Positions 4,263 to 5,832 of a stretch of 5,832 nt of DNA are shown here, piece after piece. Made by a program: the position numbers and the translations under genes. Positions within the stretch are counted from its first letter, which is position 1, and each line of letters begins with the position of its first letter. The DNA is from a virus. The stretch is from positions 1 to 5,832 of the IMG/VR virus record IMGVR_UViG_3300045988_024238; one strand, given 5' to 3'. Below the pieces are notes generated by a model. The model was not told the origin of the DNA and did not search any database. It saw only the letters and a list, made by a program, of their open reading frames with translations.

Positions 4263-4559
4263 TTATTCTGCTGGTTTTGTTTCTTCAGGTTTTGTTTCTT
4301 CAGGTTTTTTTATTCCTTTACTCTTAGCGATTTTGCTTGCGTTTGCTAAGTCCATTGCAGATTGTGCTATTTCCCATCTATCTGTTCTGATGTCGTATTC
4401 TGGTCTTACTCCATCCTTTTTCTCTGTATAGATAATTGGCGCACCGTCTGTAATTGGTTCGTTATTTTCTATTAGTTTTGCACATTTTTTTTCAATGCTT
4501 TGTCCTTCACTTGGTTCTATGTAACCTATGAATGTTGGCTTGTATTCTGTTTTTTTCAT
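4263..4559 (-). CDS. Small protein, 98 aa from ATG 4559 (the track ORF starts at 4631 and overlaps VP1). Function uncertain; its position suggests a scaffold-type (VP3-like) protein.
   Basis: MKKTEYKPTFIGYIEPSEGQ...PIIYTEKKDGVRPEYDIRTDRWEIAQSAMDLAN...KPEETKPEETKPAE. ATG 4559 lies 2 nt after the VP1 stop (TAA CA ATG), the same junction design as VP2/VP4. The scaffold idea rests only on position and size. Confidence 0.7.
   Translation of the reverse strand: MKKTEYKPTFIGYIEPSEGQSIEKKCAKLIENNEPITDGAPIIYTEKKDGVRPEYDIRTDRWEIAQSAMDLANASKIAKSKGIKKPEETKPEETKPAE
4273..4308. repeat. 15-bp tandem repeat (ggttttgtttcttca, 2.4 copies) encoding (KPEET)2KP at the C-terminus of the 98-aa protein
   Basis: Exact copies at 4273..4287 and 4288..4302, then a partial ggtttt at 4303..4308. 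Confidence 0.85.
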
Positions 4560-4561
4560 TG

Positions 4562-5832
4562 TTATAAGTTTGGTATTTGTTTTGCACTCATTACTCTTCT
4601 CGATTCTATTCCGAATCCTATTTGTACCCAAAAATTTTGGCTCTCTGTTGTTGTTTCAGCGAATATATAATTGTATTTGCCTGGGTCTATGTAACTTGTG
4701 TTGTCTATTTTATTGCTTGTGAAGTCTCCATTTTCAGGTTCGAATATTCTGTTTAACACCATGAATGCTTCATTTCCGTTTTCTGCGAATGTTCCGTATG
4801 TTTTGTTAAAGTTTGTCATATAGTTTATCCAGGCAACACTCTTTCCATATGAAACTTCTCCGCTTACCCAACCTGCTTCCCAGACTGTCAATAAATCCTG
4901 ATAGCCTATTCCGTCTAATGCTGGTTTATGTAAGTCGTTAAGTGTGATTAGTTCATTATCCCAGTCATTTCCCTGGCAATAGTCTACTCTTGGTGTTATT
5001 GATGCTATTCCGATAATATAACATGGTTCATTTACTTTAATATGTAGTTTACCACCTTTTTTTTGAGTGTTGATTCCTCTACCTGCTAGTGTTCCTAATG
5101 GCTCATCACCGCTTGCTGAATTTGATACTATTTCCTGAAATTCTATTTCAGTCGATAATCCTCCTTCGTACATTGGTGTCTCTGTATGCATGTTCCAGCT
5201 AGATGTATATACAGTTTCTACCCAATCTTGGTAAGTTCCTCCGCTGACTGCAATTCTGTTTAGCATATCATATACTTTTTTCGATAGGTTTAGCTGGTCT
5301 ATTGTGAATTTGTCACCCGTTGTACTGATAGCTGTTATTGCATTAATTCCGTTGTCCCCGTCTATCCATTCAGTATTTATCCAATTATTAAATATGTCAG
5401 ATTGATATGTCTTTAGGATTAGCCCGCATCCTGCTTCCTTTAAGTTTAATATTCCGTTTGCTTCTCCTAATACGTCTTGGAAATATTTGTTTGTAGTTCT
5501 ATCAATCTTGAATCGAGTTTCTCCTGCTTTTAATATGTTTTCTCTCAGCTCGTCTAGTGATGTAAGTCCTGCCTTCTGTATATACGAGTTGTTTTTGTAT
5601 CTTGCTTGCTCTCCAAATTTCCAATATTGCCCTCTCTTGAATGTTAGTAGTACATTGCTCCCCTTTTGCGTTGCCGTCCAGTATTTGTTAATTTGTGTGC
5701 TGTTGAGCCATTTACTTGTGTTTCCTTCTGTTTCAGTTCCATATACTTCACCTGACGAGTTCCATTGTTCTAGTGTCATGTTAACTATTTCTATCGTTCC
5801 TCCAGTTGTTAGTTTATTTTCCATGTCGTATA
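4562..5832 (-). CDS. VP1: Major capsid protein VP1, 3' portion (C-terminal 420 aa plus the duplicated junction). Stop TAA at 4564..4562.
   Basis: 420-aa ORF in the track. Its apparent Met (5824) is internal, equivalent to nt 47 of the first repeat copy. It is the longest ORF in the genome, and 624 aa agrees with Alpavirinae-like capsids, which are larger than gokushovirus VP1. Confidence 0.93.
   Translation of the reverse strand, partial: YDMENKLTTGGTIEIVNMTLEQWNSSGEVYGTETEGNTSKWLNSTQINKYWTATQKGSNVLLTFKRGQYWKFGEQARYKNNSYIQKAGLTSLDELRENILKAGETRFKIDRTTNKYFQDVLGEANGILNLKEAGCGLILKTYQSDIFNNWINTEWIDGDNGINAITAISTTGDKFTIDQLNLSKKVYDMLNRIAVSGGTYQDWVETVYTSSWNMHTETPMYEGGLSTEIEFQEIVSNSASGDEPLGTLAGRGINTQKKGGKLHIKVNEPCYIIGIASITPRVDYCQGNDWDNELITLNDLHKPALDGIGYQDLLTVWEAGWVSGEVSYGKSVAWINYMTNFNKTYGTFAENGNEAFMVLNRIFEPENGDFTSNKIDNTSYIDPGKYNYIFAETTTESQNFWVQIGFGIESRRVMSAKQIPNL
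5778..5832. repeat. Terminal redundancy, copy 2 (identical to 1..55)
   Basis: Exact 55/55 identity with the window start. A 55-nt overlap is typical of de Bruijn assembly of a circular molecule rather than a biological terminal repeat. Confidence 0.95.

Noticed and set aside
726-4722. All + strand ORFs in the track: 726..1025, 952..1152, 1061..1342, 1333..1524, 2065..2250, 2256..2438, 2615..3142, 3106..3393, 3565..3879, 3569..3946, 4528..4722.
   Set aside because: Each lies antisense to a well-supported - strand gene or in the AT-rich control region. Their products are low-complexity F/L/S/C/I-rich strings, as expected from translating the T-rich non-coding strand. Several use non-ATG starts. 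Microviridae transcribe one strand only.
1-5832. Stop-codon reassignment (TGA or TAG recoding), CRISPR arrays, transposase/IS elements, integrase.
   Set aside because: All core genes are intact under the standard code. There are no spacer-repeat arrays, no inverted-repeat-bounded elements, and no ORF large enough to encode or resembling a recombinase.

Overview
The window is one complete, circularly permuted ssDNA phage genome of the family Microviridae. Its gene set is gokushovirus/alpavirus-like (VP1, VP2, VP4), with no phiX174-type G, D or E genes I can recognise. The large capsid protein, absence of Shine-Dalgarno sites and a Bacteroides-type promoter fit best with the Bacteroidetes-associated Alpavirinae-like lineage. 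Nt 1-55 are repeated exactly at 5778-5832, so the unit genome is 5777 nt and the window ends are an assembly overlap.

All credible genes lie on the - strand, which is therefore the viral/mRNA-sense strand. In viral-strand order they are:
- a candidate promoter near 1600;
- five tightly tiled small ORFs of 82, 25, 52, 66 and 72 aa (two are below the ORF-track cutoff);
- major capsid protein VP1, which crosses the window junction (659..1 joined to 5777..4562). It is 624 aa, not the 420 aa shown in the track;
- a 98-aa protein;
- a structured intergenic region;
- pilot/minor capsid protein VP2;
- HUH rolling-circle Rep VP4;
- an intrinsic terminator overlapping the rep stop codon.

The remaining ~580-nt control region (1574..2151) is the most unusual part:
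- two arrays of a quasi-palindromic GTTAnTAAC-type iteron, one with exact 21-bp phasing;
- a 9-mer, AACTCTGTT, present three times, once in a hairpin loop;
- an AT-only inverted repeat;
- a GC-richer island carrying an unannotated 50-aa ORF and short GC hairpins.

The most interesting protein-level observation is a 66-aa ORF with a textbook lipoprotein signal peptide (lipobox Cys28).

All + strand ORFs in the track look like antisense shadows. Everything here comes from reading and hand-translating the sequence. No database searches were run, so family assignments rest on recognised motifs.
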